A DNA stretch of 64,000 bases from Trichoplax adhaerens (lineage: Eukaryota > Animalia > Placozoa), in contig NW_002060950.1 in NCBI RefSeq assembly GCF_000150275.1, positions 130,679-194,678 on the forward strand, given 5' to 3'. Shown one piece after another: positions 1-19,139 of the stretch. Position 1 is the first letter of the stretch; each line of letters begins with the position of its first letter. The translations under genes were made by a program, and so were the position numbers. Below the pieces are notes generated by a model that was given only the letters and a program-made list of their open reading frames with translations, did not search any database and had not been told where the DNA came from.

Positions 1-338
1 TAATTTGTATGAAGATTTTACAGTCCTAAGTATCAGGATAATTATCCGGCTTATCTTAGCCAGGTGTCGTTTTTGAGTTTGACTAATTTTCAAGTAAGGA
101 ATTACTATATATAAATGCCTGACACTCCGGGCAATCTACGTAAAACCCCCTGTTTTACAATCTGGACAATGTACAGTACAGTATATGAAAAAACTTCTAC
201 TATACAGTATACAGTAGAATGCCCGGACCCTTACATGGACCGTAACTTCGGGTTTTGGCCGTAACCTATATATACAGTATATATGCAGTATTTTACGTAT
301 TAAAAAGTGTTACAAAGAGGATAATGCCAGTTAGTTAG

Positions 339-503
339 CAATCTGATAGGCGAAGGCGAAGTGAGCATCGTCGAAATGCTCGATCGTTGCGTACATTAAA
401 TCAATCTGAAAGTAATGCAAGAAGTTCTGACGTACACGATACTCAAGGAGATCAGAACCAGTTCGTAGACAGTCGTATTGAAGGCTCATACTACTCTCAA
501 TAA
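339..503 (+). other. Possible terminal coding exon of a gene starting before the window
   Basis: TAG acceptor at 336-338 followed by 54 open codons (QSDRRRRSEHRRNARSLRTLNQSES...GSYYSQ*), GC above local background. No homology recognised. Confidence 0.3.
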
Positions 504-3500
504 GCTTGGGAAACAAGAGATTGTACACGTAGTTGAAGTTATTGTAAAATTAACTACTAAATCCTATTCTTTCTCTTTCTTGAATTGCAAAGCGACGGCT
601 TATATACTAACGCCGTTCACACTTACAACGCATTATAATTACAAGTTTGTATAACATTGAATTCGCTAGTGTACGCAGTACAATCCACCATTAACACGAA
701 GAATTAACAAGTGTACGTTAACACTTGTAGAATACCATAAATATTCAATCGCAAGTATTATTATGTAACCTGTGATAATAACAAGTTGTAACGTACTACT
801 AACTCTAGGTATTATTGAGTTAGCGCAAATACGCAAAAGCAATCTTAACTGTACAGTGTTATTACTGACTGACTCTGTACAGTATATAGTATTGCATCGT
901 ACAGTCTAATAAATATAGCGTCGTATATAATAACGATCTGTAAGTTCTGTACACTCAGTAGACTCGGTACAGGACTATAAAATGGCAGGATCATGGATTA
1001 CTAAAATTACAGACATAGCACTGTACGAGTACTTTTTGCAACAGAAAGATTCGCGTCTGATTGCCAATTTTGTCAAATCCTTTTAACTGGTTCGTGTTGC
1101 CGAGAAATTGGTTACACTTTAGGGTTTTTACGTGTAGTATTAATGTAGTACACGGATGTCCAACGGTAGATGATAGATATATCATTGATCATTACTTTGC
1201 TTACCGTGCAAGTGTATACATTCACATAACACTGATAATTATATTTATATATATCCCATATATGCGTATATATAATAATGCGGATGCGCTTTGCTGCCGG
1301 TTTGTGTGATTTTGCATGGCATTTTATTCATTAATTAAGCAGACATTACAACGAAATAAATAGCAGTAGGAAGATTAAGACTGCAATGTAGTATCTACAC
1401 CACTGATACGTATCATAGTCACGCTAACAATTTTTCTGTTGTAATACGTACTGCTGGCCAATCTCTGTCAGTGAACTACAGATTTTTACTGTTACACCTA
1501 GTATACCTAACTTACGACAGATCAATTAAGCAATTAAAACGAAGCAAGGACCCATTGATGGATATGTCGGATCTTTATTCCTGTGCGAACTATCGTAGAT
1601 ATTATAAATCATACCCCTTAACCATTAAAGTTAAATATTACAAGGAGTCTGAATATATCGAGATAAAATAACAATTTTAAGTATTGAGAGAATCCTTTTA
1701 ATTTTGAAGCATTAGGCAAAATAACCATTACCTGAATTAAATGTTTAATAAACAGATTTAATAGCATAAATACCATATCTCTTGAAGAAGCTCCACAGTT
1801 AAAGTCAGAATAACGCTTATTGTATCTTAATTTAAGTTTACCGGTCATTCAGCATAACTGTGAGCCAAGTATTTTGGGCAAGATTGAAAATGGCAGTTAC
1901 AATACAGAAAGAAATCAAATATCTCTACGAAGCATTAGTAGTAATTAATAATTTCAATGACATAATTCTCTGAAAGCAATTTTTGTAAATATAAGTATTG
2001 ATATCGAATGATAAAAATAGCTAGGGCAGTTACCATAATGTGAAAAGATTCAATCTATAGCAATAATAACGTCGTAATTTTGCAACATATGATAATTTAT
2101 ACTTTTTCTTTGTATTCTCGTATCGCAATATTCAATAAATAGATATGTAATATTTTTATGCACATATCGATATACCGTAGTTTTACTAGTAACTCTGTTT
2201 TATAACTGAAGCGATAGCACCGCATCACATAGCACATGCTAATGCAAAGCTTCCATAAGGTGTTGATAAGGAGTAAAGAAAACTTATTCCAAAAGCTTAT
2301 GCTGAATATAATATAACGAAGGATCTAATATTTAGATAATACTTATATAAACCTAATCGAAATCCTTAGATAAAATTTCAAAGGTGATATCTCCTTGCAT
2401 AACCAGTGCCAGTCTTAATTCAGGGAACCAGTTCGAATTCAATATCAACTGACTATTCCATCAGGGCGTTGTCAAGAATAACTCACAGAATGGATAATAA
2501 TAATAAGTACTACAATATGCAGCACTCTTAACATATCAAGACTTTCAAAAAGCCCTAATTCAAAACGTGTTGATAAATCCATCAGCACTTATCTGCCATA
2601 TCTATGCAGTCATGTGCATGGTTAGCACCAAATGAGTAAATAACGACGGCCAAGTTGCGAATCCAAGGGCACAGATTAATGATGGTACTGATGAAAATTT
2701 CAAATGTGTACTTATCAAGTACCCATAAAGATCGCCAGGCTTTCAGATACGAAGCCATGATATTTAAAAAGTCGTTACAATAAAAATAAACGAATAAATT
2801 CGGTCGTTAATTGCAAAGAACGGTCTTAACAGGGGCCGTAAACATAAATTGTAGAATGTAATTTCAGAACCATAACCGATATTACGTAGCGCAGAATTAA
2901 TTATGTTAAATACAAATTTATCTTGTACTGGTAGTTTCGGAACGAAACAAAATTTGCAAAAATTTGCTGCTGCTTCACACCACAAGCACGTATAGAGTTT
3001 TAAACTTTAAAAGATTTCATTGTTTGAGAAATGCAATCATAAATGAAGTAACGTTTGATTAATATAGCTTAAGTTAGTAAAGAAAGTATTAACAGACTAA
3101 ACTAGCTAGATCATAAATGCTCTCAATCGCAATCAATATCTCTGAAATGCCGCAATATAAAATAAAATTATTCTGAGTTAGAACCTTTTTAAATGAAGTA
3201 CACTGTCTTCACTTAGTGAATTATGAGGATAGAAAATACTTTAAAGGAAGCAAAATCAAAATTATGAGGCAGTCGATCTGAAATATAACGGTGATAGTTG
3301 TATACTTCAGTGCAGCACAAGAAATCAAACTGTACAGTAAGTTTAATAGATAGCCAAATCACAGAAATATCTTGACGAAGTGCAACTATGTTAATTCTAA
3401 TTAGTACACTTCAAGGAATAAATGAAAAGAATAATACAATATTTGGTACTTTAGACGCATGAAAATATGTCTTAAAATGAAACTGAGTTAAATCTAATCA

Positions 3501-3557
3501 AGGTTGGAGATAAGCCGTGATACATTATTCCGTGAGATGCAAAAGGACGAATCAGTA

Positions 3558-7904
<4,347 letters not shown>

Positions 7905-8039
7905 TAAATGAGATAACAGTAGGTTGAAAATGTTATGCTATTTTTTCCGATTCCTTGTGGTGTAAACACGATCTATCTCCCCTATATAGCGAAATAAGAG
8001 ATTAACTGTTATTACTACCAAATGGAAGCAAAACGCTTT

Positions 8040-9130
8040 ACGTACAGTACCACCGTGCTGCTCATAGTGGTCCAAAATAGCCTAGTACTGTACAGTGTAC
8101 AGTACAGTACAGTACAGTACAGTGCTGTAGTCAGTACAGTACAGTACTCTGAGTGCAGTACTGTACTGGCAGTAAAAAAAATTCAACTTCAGTACTGTAG
8201 AGTACAGTACCGTGCTGGACAGTGTACTATAGTACATGTACTGTACTGTACAGCACGAATTTGAGTATTGTACTGTACAGTACAGTACTGTAAATCACGT
8301 ATCAGGCGCAAGAAATACAGTACAGTACAGCACTGTACAGTATATTTTGCATCATACAAAGTAATGTACTGTACTGTACAAGTGTACAGTACAGTACAGT
8401 ACAGTATGAAGAATGCTAAGTGCGCACAAAATGTACAGTACTGTACTGTACACTATACAGTACGGTACACCGTAAGTAATAACACTGAGCTTTAGTACTG
8501 TACAGTACAGTACTAAAGCTCGTAAGATAGCGGTACAGTCCTCTGATCATCATGATGTCCACAAGACTGTACACTGTACCAGTTATTGGAATTATGGTAC
8601 TGTACTGTACAGTATGCCAACTATACAGTACTGTACTGTACGTACAGTACAGTATAGTAAATTACAGGTTCTCAGGCGTGAGTACAGTACAGTGTATACT
8701 GTACACTACAGTGTACAGTATACACTGTACTGTACAGCGGTCAGGATAATAGCAGAACTCCTACTGTACAGTACAGTACTGTACAGTGTACAGTATACAG
8801 GCGTACGAATCAATAATTTGGCTCACAGTGTGGTACCGTACTCGACTGCACTTACAGTACTGTACTGTACAGTATTCTGTATTGCAGCTAAGAAGTTATA
8901 CAGTACTGTACAGCAGTGTACAGTACTGTACAATGCTGTACTGTACACGATAGCTACAGTCTACTGTACTGTACACTATACAGTACAATGTACAGTACAT
9001 GTCAGTACTGTACTGTAAATACTACTCAATACGATCGTAGCTAGTACAGTTTACTTAGCAGATGATGTCAATAATGTTCTGTATATCCACTGTACACTGT
9101 ACAGTACACTGTCACTATACATTACTGTAT
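8040..9130. repeat. TACAG/TACTG pentamer island upstream of EGR
   Basis: Dense mixed-orientation runs (e.g. GTACTGTACAGTGTACAGTACAGTACAGTACAGTACAG at about 8085-8122) broken by unique 10-40 bp stretches. Confidence 0.95.
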
Positions 9131-12100
9131 TACTTACGTCTTAGTGATCAACTGAAATTTTTAAAAGGAGTTATAATTACTTATCAGTCACCACAACGCA
9201 GTAGACTATAATCGTCTGGCGAGTTGACGATGTATGATTTAGTTGGACTTACCTTTAAGTGCACACTCTAGCTGAATATAGCGCAGTGGGAGGAAATAGC
9301 TATTGCCAAATGTGACACCGACTTTGGCTGATGATCATCAATGGAAAATATTACTTCGAGGTAGTATTCGTATTTACGGTTTACCATCAATCTCACTACA
9401 GCAAAGATAACAGTCTTAATCCAAGAAAATAAACCGGCGAACCTGAACGAGGCAGCGATTACGACAAGTGTTGCGATATCATAAAGCAGATTGGCCAGCA
9501 AGATCAAAAGTTGTTATCAATCCCTGATAACGATAACGCAGAAGTCGTGAGATTGGTAACACACGTTACCAGCCGATGTTGACTGTTGCAATTGAGATTA
9601 GCGTAGTAGTAACTAATTACGATGATTAGGTAGGTGGCTTTTTAACAAGATGCTTGATACTTAAAACTGAACTGCAATCGTGGGCGGTCCACTATTTAAA
9701 ATAACCGATTATTTTACTGGAAGTTGGTTATTAACATTTACCCAATAAACTGTCTTCTATTTTTAGGGCACACGTCAATGTGACGTTTTAATTAATTCCG
9801 TATGCGGCTTAATACTGTTGAAGTGGTGTGGGAAAGAAGTACCAATGATCTGTGGATCGAAAATGCTGTACCAAGTGATTGACATTTTTATTCTTAGAAA
9901 GCGAATACAAAGGAGAGGAAGGGCAAATAATATCATAGAAATCGAAAGAGCACAAAACAATTTCGGGAAGAAAGTCTTTCGGCCATCCTACAGCATTTAT
10001 CATCATCTGCCCTTTGTTCAGGCTCTTGTTCATTTTTTGTAAATTGATAGCTATTTATGTTGCCTTGAGTCTACATAGACATACGATACATATAGATGGA
10101 TAACAGCCAATAGAACTACTATAATGTAAGGCAATATCAGACAAAAAAAAAGATAAACGAACTCAAATGCTTCATGATTTAATTGAACGTACACTATACT
10201 CAGATAGTACGTGCGTATATGAATGTATATATATAAAGTACAGTAGACTATGAGACAATAGAGTGTATCACTTATGCCACAACCAAGCATGCACGCATAT
10301 ATTTATAAGTAATAAATGCCTCTCTAGGTTATGTATGTCCTTATCAGCTAACTAACCCCTCTTCATCGGCGTGCCTTACCGGCTTTGTCATCAGCCGTAA
10401 ATTAGAAATTCATTACCGCTATCCCAACCTTTATGTTTTAGTCGATGAAGCATATGGAAAATACAAAGTAAAAATCTTGAAAGCTTATGATGAGATCAAA
10501 TTTAGAATAGCCAACTATTCGAGTATGCTATCATTCATAAAGTTATATTGCGTAGGCAGTAGAAGAGTAAAATACCGCAACACGGATAACTCAGTTGCGC
10601 TGATATAGAAGGACTTAGTTTGTCATTGACGCCAACCTGAATGGAAATCTAACATATCCATTAAACTATTATAATTATAGAGCAACTGACACTCACTTCA
10701 TAAGACCGGAATTTTTTCTTTCTTCCCACCCACTTTCTCGCAATTGTGAAATTTATACCAAAGATAAAATGAAACAACGTTAGCATTATTCTATCTGATA
10801 CAATGTCGACAATGCAAAAACTTTCAATAACATCCTAAAGCTATCAATATTTGATTTAATATTATTATCAGCTATTCAATTATGCATAAGTAAATTAAGG
10901 TTATTATCAGTTGAATATAACTTCCAAGAAATTTCTTCAAGCAGTATTATAGGTCATACATTCAATCAATACCCTTTTATTCATCATCGATATATACTAA
11001 GAAAAGACAAAAGTCACATAAAATAAATGATATACGATTCTACTACAACCTTTCTTACCGTATATACAACACTACTGCGCATAACTAGGTATATAAATTT
11101 AAACTTATTAATAGTAGTATAACTTCACCAATGCATCATCCACAGTTGTAATTTGTTATATTCGATAGCTTACTTAATGCAGGTTTTAACTAAATCTTTA
11201 ATAGATATTTAGTACCATTGATAAGTTTCGAATCATCGACACTGAATCAAATACGGCACTTATTTGAACCCTGTAATAAAGAGCAGGCACTACGGCTATG
11301 AATTTATTATATTAATAACACGTAATTTTTGCGATGATATAGGATGATACGTAGATGCACTACAAAGTACGCTTATTGAGATAACATCATCATTTTGGAA
11401 TCTGACGGAATATCTTTCAGCAGAAAAACTTTCAGATAAGAGATCAAGAAGTTATAAAAATGGCTGATGAATACACAGTAGTAGCAGGTAAAAGCACTTT
11501 ACAACTACGGCGAAAAGGGATAATTTTAAAATATTATGATAAAATTTAATACATATCAGTACAATGACAAAGCTTAGAATTTTTGAACAACAGACCAAAG
11601 AAGCCATATGATAGTTGATTTACATATTTTTACTTGTTACGAACGTTATTATTCTGTACTATAAATTCTATTATATTAACTTGACAACGGCTGAATCAAG
11701 AACCGTTAGTATAGCACAGTATATATCCTTCATATAGATTAGGTAGTCAATTAATTCGTAAATTGCTACAGTATCATTGTAAAATTAAGCCAGGTATATC
11801 CTATACCGAGACCATATAAATTATTATAAGTATTCCCGCATATTCGAGCGCATACATTTACACAAGATTCATTAAATTACAAGAAAAATAAGATTTCGAT
11901 ATAGCATATTAGTATTTCTTTTCGTAGCCTGCATAACATAAAATCAATAGTTGATTCGCATATCTGCAAAGCTTTAATTAGAACTGTACAAAATAAAATT
12001 TAGCATTAACTGTACTGCTTACAAATTTGGTACTTCATATCATTCATGCGAATGATCAAGCGTTAATATTTCACTTATAGTACAGTAACGTTCACATATG

Positions 12101-15100
12101 CATATGTTAATGTTAGCTATTTTGATAACTAGCGATGAGCTGGCTACTTTGGAGGCCGTTAACTAAAATTTTATTGTCAGGCCTACAGGTTGTGGCCTCC
12201 TTTCAACTCACATATCTGGAAAATTTTAAAGTACTGCTTATAACAAAATGAACCTTTGTCGACGCAACAGCAGAATTCTTACTTGCATAATAAAAACGCT
12301 GATATCATGTTTAACTTTTTACTTAAAGTCCCAGACGTCAGCACTTCAAGCCATCGATTGTAGACGATTGAGCAAGATGTAATAAACTTTGATTCTCTAA
12401 CTTAAAAGTTCTTGACGACCACTTACCCTTCAAAAGCCAGTGAAGTCAACCCTTGGCAATAAATTTAGTCCCGTATGTTTCTGAAAGCTAAAGGAACATG
12501 AAATAAACTCCCAACATTACACTAATGTAGTAAATTTGTACTATGCCGCTTCTGAAACTATAGAAAATCTGAAATCTTACGCATTCTATTGATATCAAAT
12601 GCTAACAACTAAACGCAAGCACAAGTGCAGGCATAAACAGGAATTTTATAAATATACTAAGTTTCAAACAGATGCTTACTATTACAATTAATATTGTTAA
12701 AGCTGGCTCTAAGTACCCGGGACTACTCGTATCTCACAGAATATATCTTCTATTTAAAGTAAAGCGAGATATTATTAACTAGTAAAGTATATCTGCACGA
12801 AAAAAAACGTAATTCTAATATTGACATAAAATATTAACATGGGAATTTGCGACTTAAAAACATTTATTTTTGGATGGTTACATTTTAATAGCGGTAATCA
12901 AGACTATCCAAATAGTTTTGATGCACTACTCTACCTCTACAGTCACTGTACGGTATCTTTTCAACCGTATTCATTTAGAAGTACTCCCTCAATTATTAAT
13001 TATTGAAATATTGCATCTGGTAATAAATCAACGTCGATCAGTCAAGCGCCAATAAACTGTGAAAGCAAGCAATCGCAATTTCCTCCATTGAAGGTACTAG
13101 AAATCAGACATAGAGAGTCTATAGTATCTAGCTTCTATCAGAATCTGAACCATAAGATCTAGTACTGTAAGTTATATACAGTACTGAAGTAGTAGTTGCC
13201 GTAATTTAATGACAAGTAATTTATCTCCCACTATGCTTTACTATCACAAGTTTTACCGCAAATACGCATATTTAAAATAAAGTTAAAATTTGAGATCGAG
13301 CTGCCTTAATGTATATCCATTACATCTGTTCAAGATGGATTAAGTTTAAAAATTGTCTACGATATATGTTTGCGTGATAAATTGACAATATCGTAAATAA
13401 ATAGATACCCTTTATTACGATAGCATAACTTGACGTATGCATATACTAAAGTGATATCTCATCCGGTTATAATGCACAATAGCATTTGTAAAATATACCT
13501 GCAATGTCATGTAATGCTGCCTTCATCGGATTTTGTTTATCTGCAGTCACTATCCATTGATCAAATGGCAAAACTTATTTTTGCTTTTCATAAGCTTGTA
13601 ATTTATCATTTTAACTATAAATCCTGAAAACAGAGTTTCAGTGAAGCACAGTGCTATAATATGAAAAATAAAAATATCTTCTTTAGGGTTCAGGAATTAA
13701 TATTTTTTAAAACCAAAAGGTTTTACTTAGCCACAGTATTACTAACTGTTTAACTATTATACTAAAGGCAGGTTGTTCCTTAGAAATGATAACTTTCTAT
13801 TCATGATATATTTTCAAAATTTGCACTAGATATACCGAAAACTGCAATGTTTTGCTGCTAATATACTTTTATTAATAAGATAATAATAAATATAATTTTT
13901 AGTATTAAGTAGCTTGATTACACCTAATGTCTCGTCAATTACAGTAAAGAATATCTTAATATTTAATATACATCTCTATACTACCTGAATTTTTACTTTA
14001 CGGGAGTAAAATTTTGGGGAGAACTGCGAATGATAATATATTATATTGGTTATTAATAGCTTTAAATAATTTTGCTCAATATGAGGGTATACGTGTCAGT
14101 TATCAATTTTTAATCACTAAGTACTTATAGCTAATAGTATTTTAAAATTAAAGTTAACGAGATATTTGAAGTTAGTTATCTGGATTGATTAGCGAGTATG
14201 TTACTACATTAATAAGTACTATTAGTAGTGCTCCCAGGATCATGCTTACCTTGATAACACTAAATATCGGTTGCAATTTCAAAAATATTGCAAAATTCAT
14301 GCAAATGCTGCTGAGATATCCTTTTACTACATTAAATTTAACCTTCACACTTTAAATATACGAGCATTGTCAAATATAGACGCGTTACATATTCGAGGAA
14401 ACTTAAAGTATAACATCTATTTCTAATTTATAGACCTCACATTAATTAAAATCCCTAAATTTTTTTATTTAATGCCAAAAACCCACCTACACGTACATGT
14501 GTGACATAAAAATTTGAAAACTTACTTATAGGGTGCGCTCTGGTATTTGCGATAGGTAGGTGTGGTCAGTTGTTAACAATCATAGAGCCAAATAGGTTTG
14601 ATTTTACCTCTATGACAATAATACCGATTCACTCCAGAATTAGGATACAGTGTTTAACATACAGGAAACTTTAGATGACCGAGATATTGTAGTAAAACTT
14701 AGAGCGGCAGCGCATGCTTCTGGCGAAGTATTTACAAAAGTATCAAAAGATTGTAATAAATAATGCGAGATTCCATTTCGTGCAATATACCTCTTGTGTT
14801 AAACTTTTTGGCAATTTTGTATTGATTTCCTAAATGTGTAATCTTGAAGGTATTCTTAATTATTGTTGCCGCATTTAACACTATTATCGTAATATCGATA
14901 CTATTACTATCTAAATATAGCACTTTGCCATTTTTATTTCCCATTGTACTAGAGCAGAAAGTATTTTTAAACATTTAATTTAATTTATAATATTAAATAA
15001 TGATTGAGATATAAACAGCTTTTAATGCAGGCAAAATGCAAAACAGTAAGTTGACTGGTTCCTTAATATTTATTTATGATCTTTTATTTATCATTACTAT

Positions 15101-18100
15101 TTTTTTACTATAATCGTTATTTATATGAATTTATTTTTACATTTTCCATAGCTTTCTACGCCTCTTTTATCCGCTATTATGTGTTAAACAATTCTTTTTA
15201 TCCGACGACTGATCAAGGGTAATATTGGAAATATATTCACAAAAAAAATAATTATAAATTACTCAACCTAATACATTTAAATAGAATTAAATATTTCTAA
15301 CGTTAGATTTATAAAATACAATGAGCATCGTAGAGAAAATAATAAGTTACCGTAAAAATCCACCAAAACCGTTGCTAATATTCCAAATAAATAATCTAGC
15401 AATCGAAAATAAATCGGAATTACTTTATAATGAAATTCATAATAGCAAAGCAGATACGGTTAAGCTATATCCTTGTCATCGATACAAATACTAATCATTA
15501 TTTTCTTAATTGTAAGTTGAAAAGTCTTACATAATACATGACTTTGAAAAGAGGTTAAAAAATAAAAATGCACCTAGTTATTTTAGGAACTGTTTCAGGC
15601 CCGGAAATTGTCCAACCAACAATAGATAATACCATCAATGAACAATATGCTTTGTGAATGGTATAACAATGAAGAAAAAAATAATAATAAATTATATTAA
15701 GAAGTTTTCAGTTTCAATACGTATGCATTCTTTTCTTTTTCATTTTAGTCACGATGATAATTACTTATCAGAATTTAAGTCATGAATAGGTATAATTTTT
15801 TAATATAATTTAATAAAAATAGAAGCATTCCTATTCGCTATAAAAAATATGATTATAAACTCGAATCAATTGTATATGCAAATTTTGTTATGAGCAGAAT
15901 CAAATCTGTGACCAGCTACTGAATATAGATATTTACAAAGAAATTTTCTTCCCATAATTTGATGAATATTTGGCATGAGCGCTAATTCATACCATAGCGC
16001 CAGTACACACAGTAAAATTAAAATTTGATAATGCTTATGATCTCCGTTACGTCAACTGCTTGGAGATTTCATTCAATTACAACTCGTCAAAAAATAAATC
16101 TTTTTCATTACTTTTACTTGAAATAACAAAGAAACAGTTATAAATTTTACTTCTAGATAGTAAATTAAGCATAAACTTGCAATAGTTTTATAATGGTAAG
16201 CGATTGTTAGGTCTTACACTTGAAGATCAACTTAAGACTTTTATCATTAATGTTACGGATACCAAGATTGATTGACATGTAATATTTACAAGCAACTTCC
16301 TGTTCATTCCATTTCTTATATATCAAAAGTCATATGTTCGTTCCTGTTTTCTTATTAGAGTTGTTAATATTATTTTATTGATAAGATTATACAAGCATTT
16401 ACGAGAATGTTTAATATTGTAATCTTAGGCACCTCGAAGTTGCTTATAGGAAACTCAGAATGTAAGTTAATAAATAAGTCCAAAGCACATCCCATTTTCG
16501 TAATCAGTTTAGTTGTTTATCATAATGGCAAAAAAACAACTATATGAGCATAGTGTATAGTATTATCTCAAGATCTAAGAACATAACCATCCACTAGTCG
16601 ATATACTAGCTTTATACCAGAATCTCAAATATAGTATAATTGTTTAAATGGTTTAAGTTAAAGTATGCCGTAGTATTTCTTTATTTTTACTTTATACTTT
16701 ATAAAATTATCGAAACTATTAAGCTTTCTGCATGTTTCTTGATGTTCATACATATTCTTTGGACATTGTATAGATCTTAGAAGCAAGAAATTAAATATCT
16801 GATTTAGTCATACTTATAAATATTCAGTATAGGTATTTCTGATTAATTACTTTACATCAGTAAAGGTAATGACTGATTACATAAATCGTCGTTGTTTTTG
16901 TGTCGCATATTCCGGTAAAAGTGTCATTTAATGCAACTCGCAATCTTACATAACAGAAATATCGGCAACAAACACTCTTAGATTGGCAAAGTACATCGAT
17001 AATTTAATAATAAGATATCGTCACATTATGATAAAATACCTGAAAATGATGATATAATGCTTTTAATATCCTCGATTCTACTAAAGTAATTGGATTTTAG
17101 AATAATTTTGGTAACAAATAGGTCAGGTAATTGTAATCATTACATTAGAAGGGAAGCATAATTTATATCAAAAATTCAATACTTCATTCCAAAACTAGAA
17201 ATAATACTATTTTACTTAATGCGGTAACGTTTAATTTACTAAATAATGGGTAATATAATGTATCAAGTATGTATAGCATTCTCTCACTAAACTTTAAATT
17301 AAATGATTAATCTATTGACTTTGAACAAATGATGCAACTTATTGCCTTCCTAAACATGCCAATCTAATGATTTGCCCTTCAAATATGGAACTGAAATAAT
17401 GAAGCCGTATACGCGTATATTTTAGTAACATCGAAAATATGACTATATATATAGATACTGCAAAGGTGCTATACAGTAAAGCCTAATCATATCAAGCTGT
17501 AGTTATTAATACAGAAGAAGAAAATGTTTCTGCCTATACACAATGCAATCATCATTCACAAATTATTTGACCCTCGTAGGAGTTAGCTTAGCGATATCAG
17601 AAATTCTTGATATTCTAAATGAGATATAGGAAATCATCATAAAGTTTCAATTTCGTAAGATATCTTGAAAGTAGAAGCGCTTTATAACGTTTATCTACGC
17701 CTTTAGTAGTTCACCTGTCAAAAATATGCAAGCTACACTAGATGCACCTAGTATACTGTTAAAGATTCCGTAATTGGTTACTTATTTGCTTACTTGTGAC
17801 TCAGCACGACAAAATCTGTAAATAGTAATGCAGTTTCTGGACCACTAGGACGTGCTTGAGTGAGAATACAAGGTAAAAGAAATTTCATTCAAATTGATGA
17901 TAGAGTATCAGATTATATTTGCAGTCTTATTTCTATTATCAACCATCTACTATCATCCCAGACTGCTGCGGCGTGTCATATCTACTTCTGTATCTTTACT
18001 CTTTACAAGCGTTATTTCCCAAGGTAGAAATACTACGGACTTCTTTTCATATCACAATGCTACAATTGTTGCAACAGCCATTCCTACGCATGCATTTTCA

Positions 18101-19139
18101 TGTTACTTTACGACTGCTTGAATACTGGTCTATTTTATAAAGTTTAGATAGAACCCAACCTACATACAGTAAGCAACTATGTTTAATTTACACACGTTTT
18201 CAGTATTTTTCGAATGGATGCCCAGCTAAGAAATACTGGAAACCATGAAAGTTCAATGGAAACTTTCATCTTGCTATTAAAATGGGCGTTTATACTGAGT
18301 TCCAACACACTACAAATTATTGGACGCGCAAATATTTCCGATATTCTGTCCTAAGTGTACAAAGCGATTTACCATCCTTACTATGTAAATAAATATACTA
18401 GTAATTTGCCGAGCGTTTGGCTACTTGTATCGAAATTCCCGATGAACATATTTTTACGGTATTCGCACTTTACAAAGAACTTAGGTTTTTGATCAACGGC
18501 CGTTTTGGCATTCAGAAGTAACGGAGAAGAAATCTACATGCTACTCAATGCACATTTGCAATTGCGAACGATACAACAGCCTTTTGTAATATGGATAGAT
18601 GATAATTTAGGTCAGAGCCTAGCTGTCGACGAATGCGATGTAGCAAGAGAACATACCGGTAATTGTAATGCATTTGATAGCTATTCTAGTACCTGAATAA
18701 ATGGAAGTATGAGCAGGGCTAATACTATCTCTGCACGAACAAGTCACATCTCATCATCGGTAGCGCAAGCAAAATTAATTGAAAACTAAGATTTATTTTC
18801 TTTAGCCTGCTATTTAGATTAACAATGCATTTTAATTAACTCCTGCCGATTAAGAAATTTATAAAGAACTGCAAAATTATTTGCAGCAATACGCGATCCA
18901 CGTACATGTAATATTATTAAATTACCTAAAGAAGGAAAACGTGGTATTCCATAATACGCGTGTCTTTTAATACTAAATTGTGTGAAACAGTCATGAAATA
19001 AGTTCATTTCTGTGATATTCAAACGGCTTTGCAAATTATAATATAGAATATTGATATCTTATCTCTTATTTCATAAAATCATTTAATAGGATTAACATAA
19101 TTTCAATTTAAGAGAGCCATGTTAGTACGCTGCACCGGT

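Noticed and set aside
3000-3557. AU-rich elements in the EGR 3' UTR
   Set aside because: Isolated ATTTA pentamers are expected at this AT content, and there are no overlapping clusters.
8022-9018. ORFs rich in YSTVQ/YCTVL (also 22928-23281, 29632-30638, 35644-35965)
   Set aside because: They are translations of the stop-poor TACAG/TACTG pentamer repeat, not proteins.
8040-9130. Repeat-spacer appearance suggesting a CRISPR array
   Set aside because: Repeat blocks vary in length and polarity, spacers are irregular, the context is eukaryotic, and there are no cas genes.
18245-18269. Hairpin ATGAAAGTT...AACTTTCAT
   Set aside because: AT-rich 9-bp stem with no TSD and no second copy; compatible with chance.
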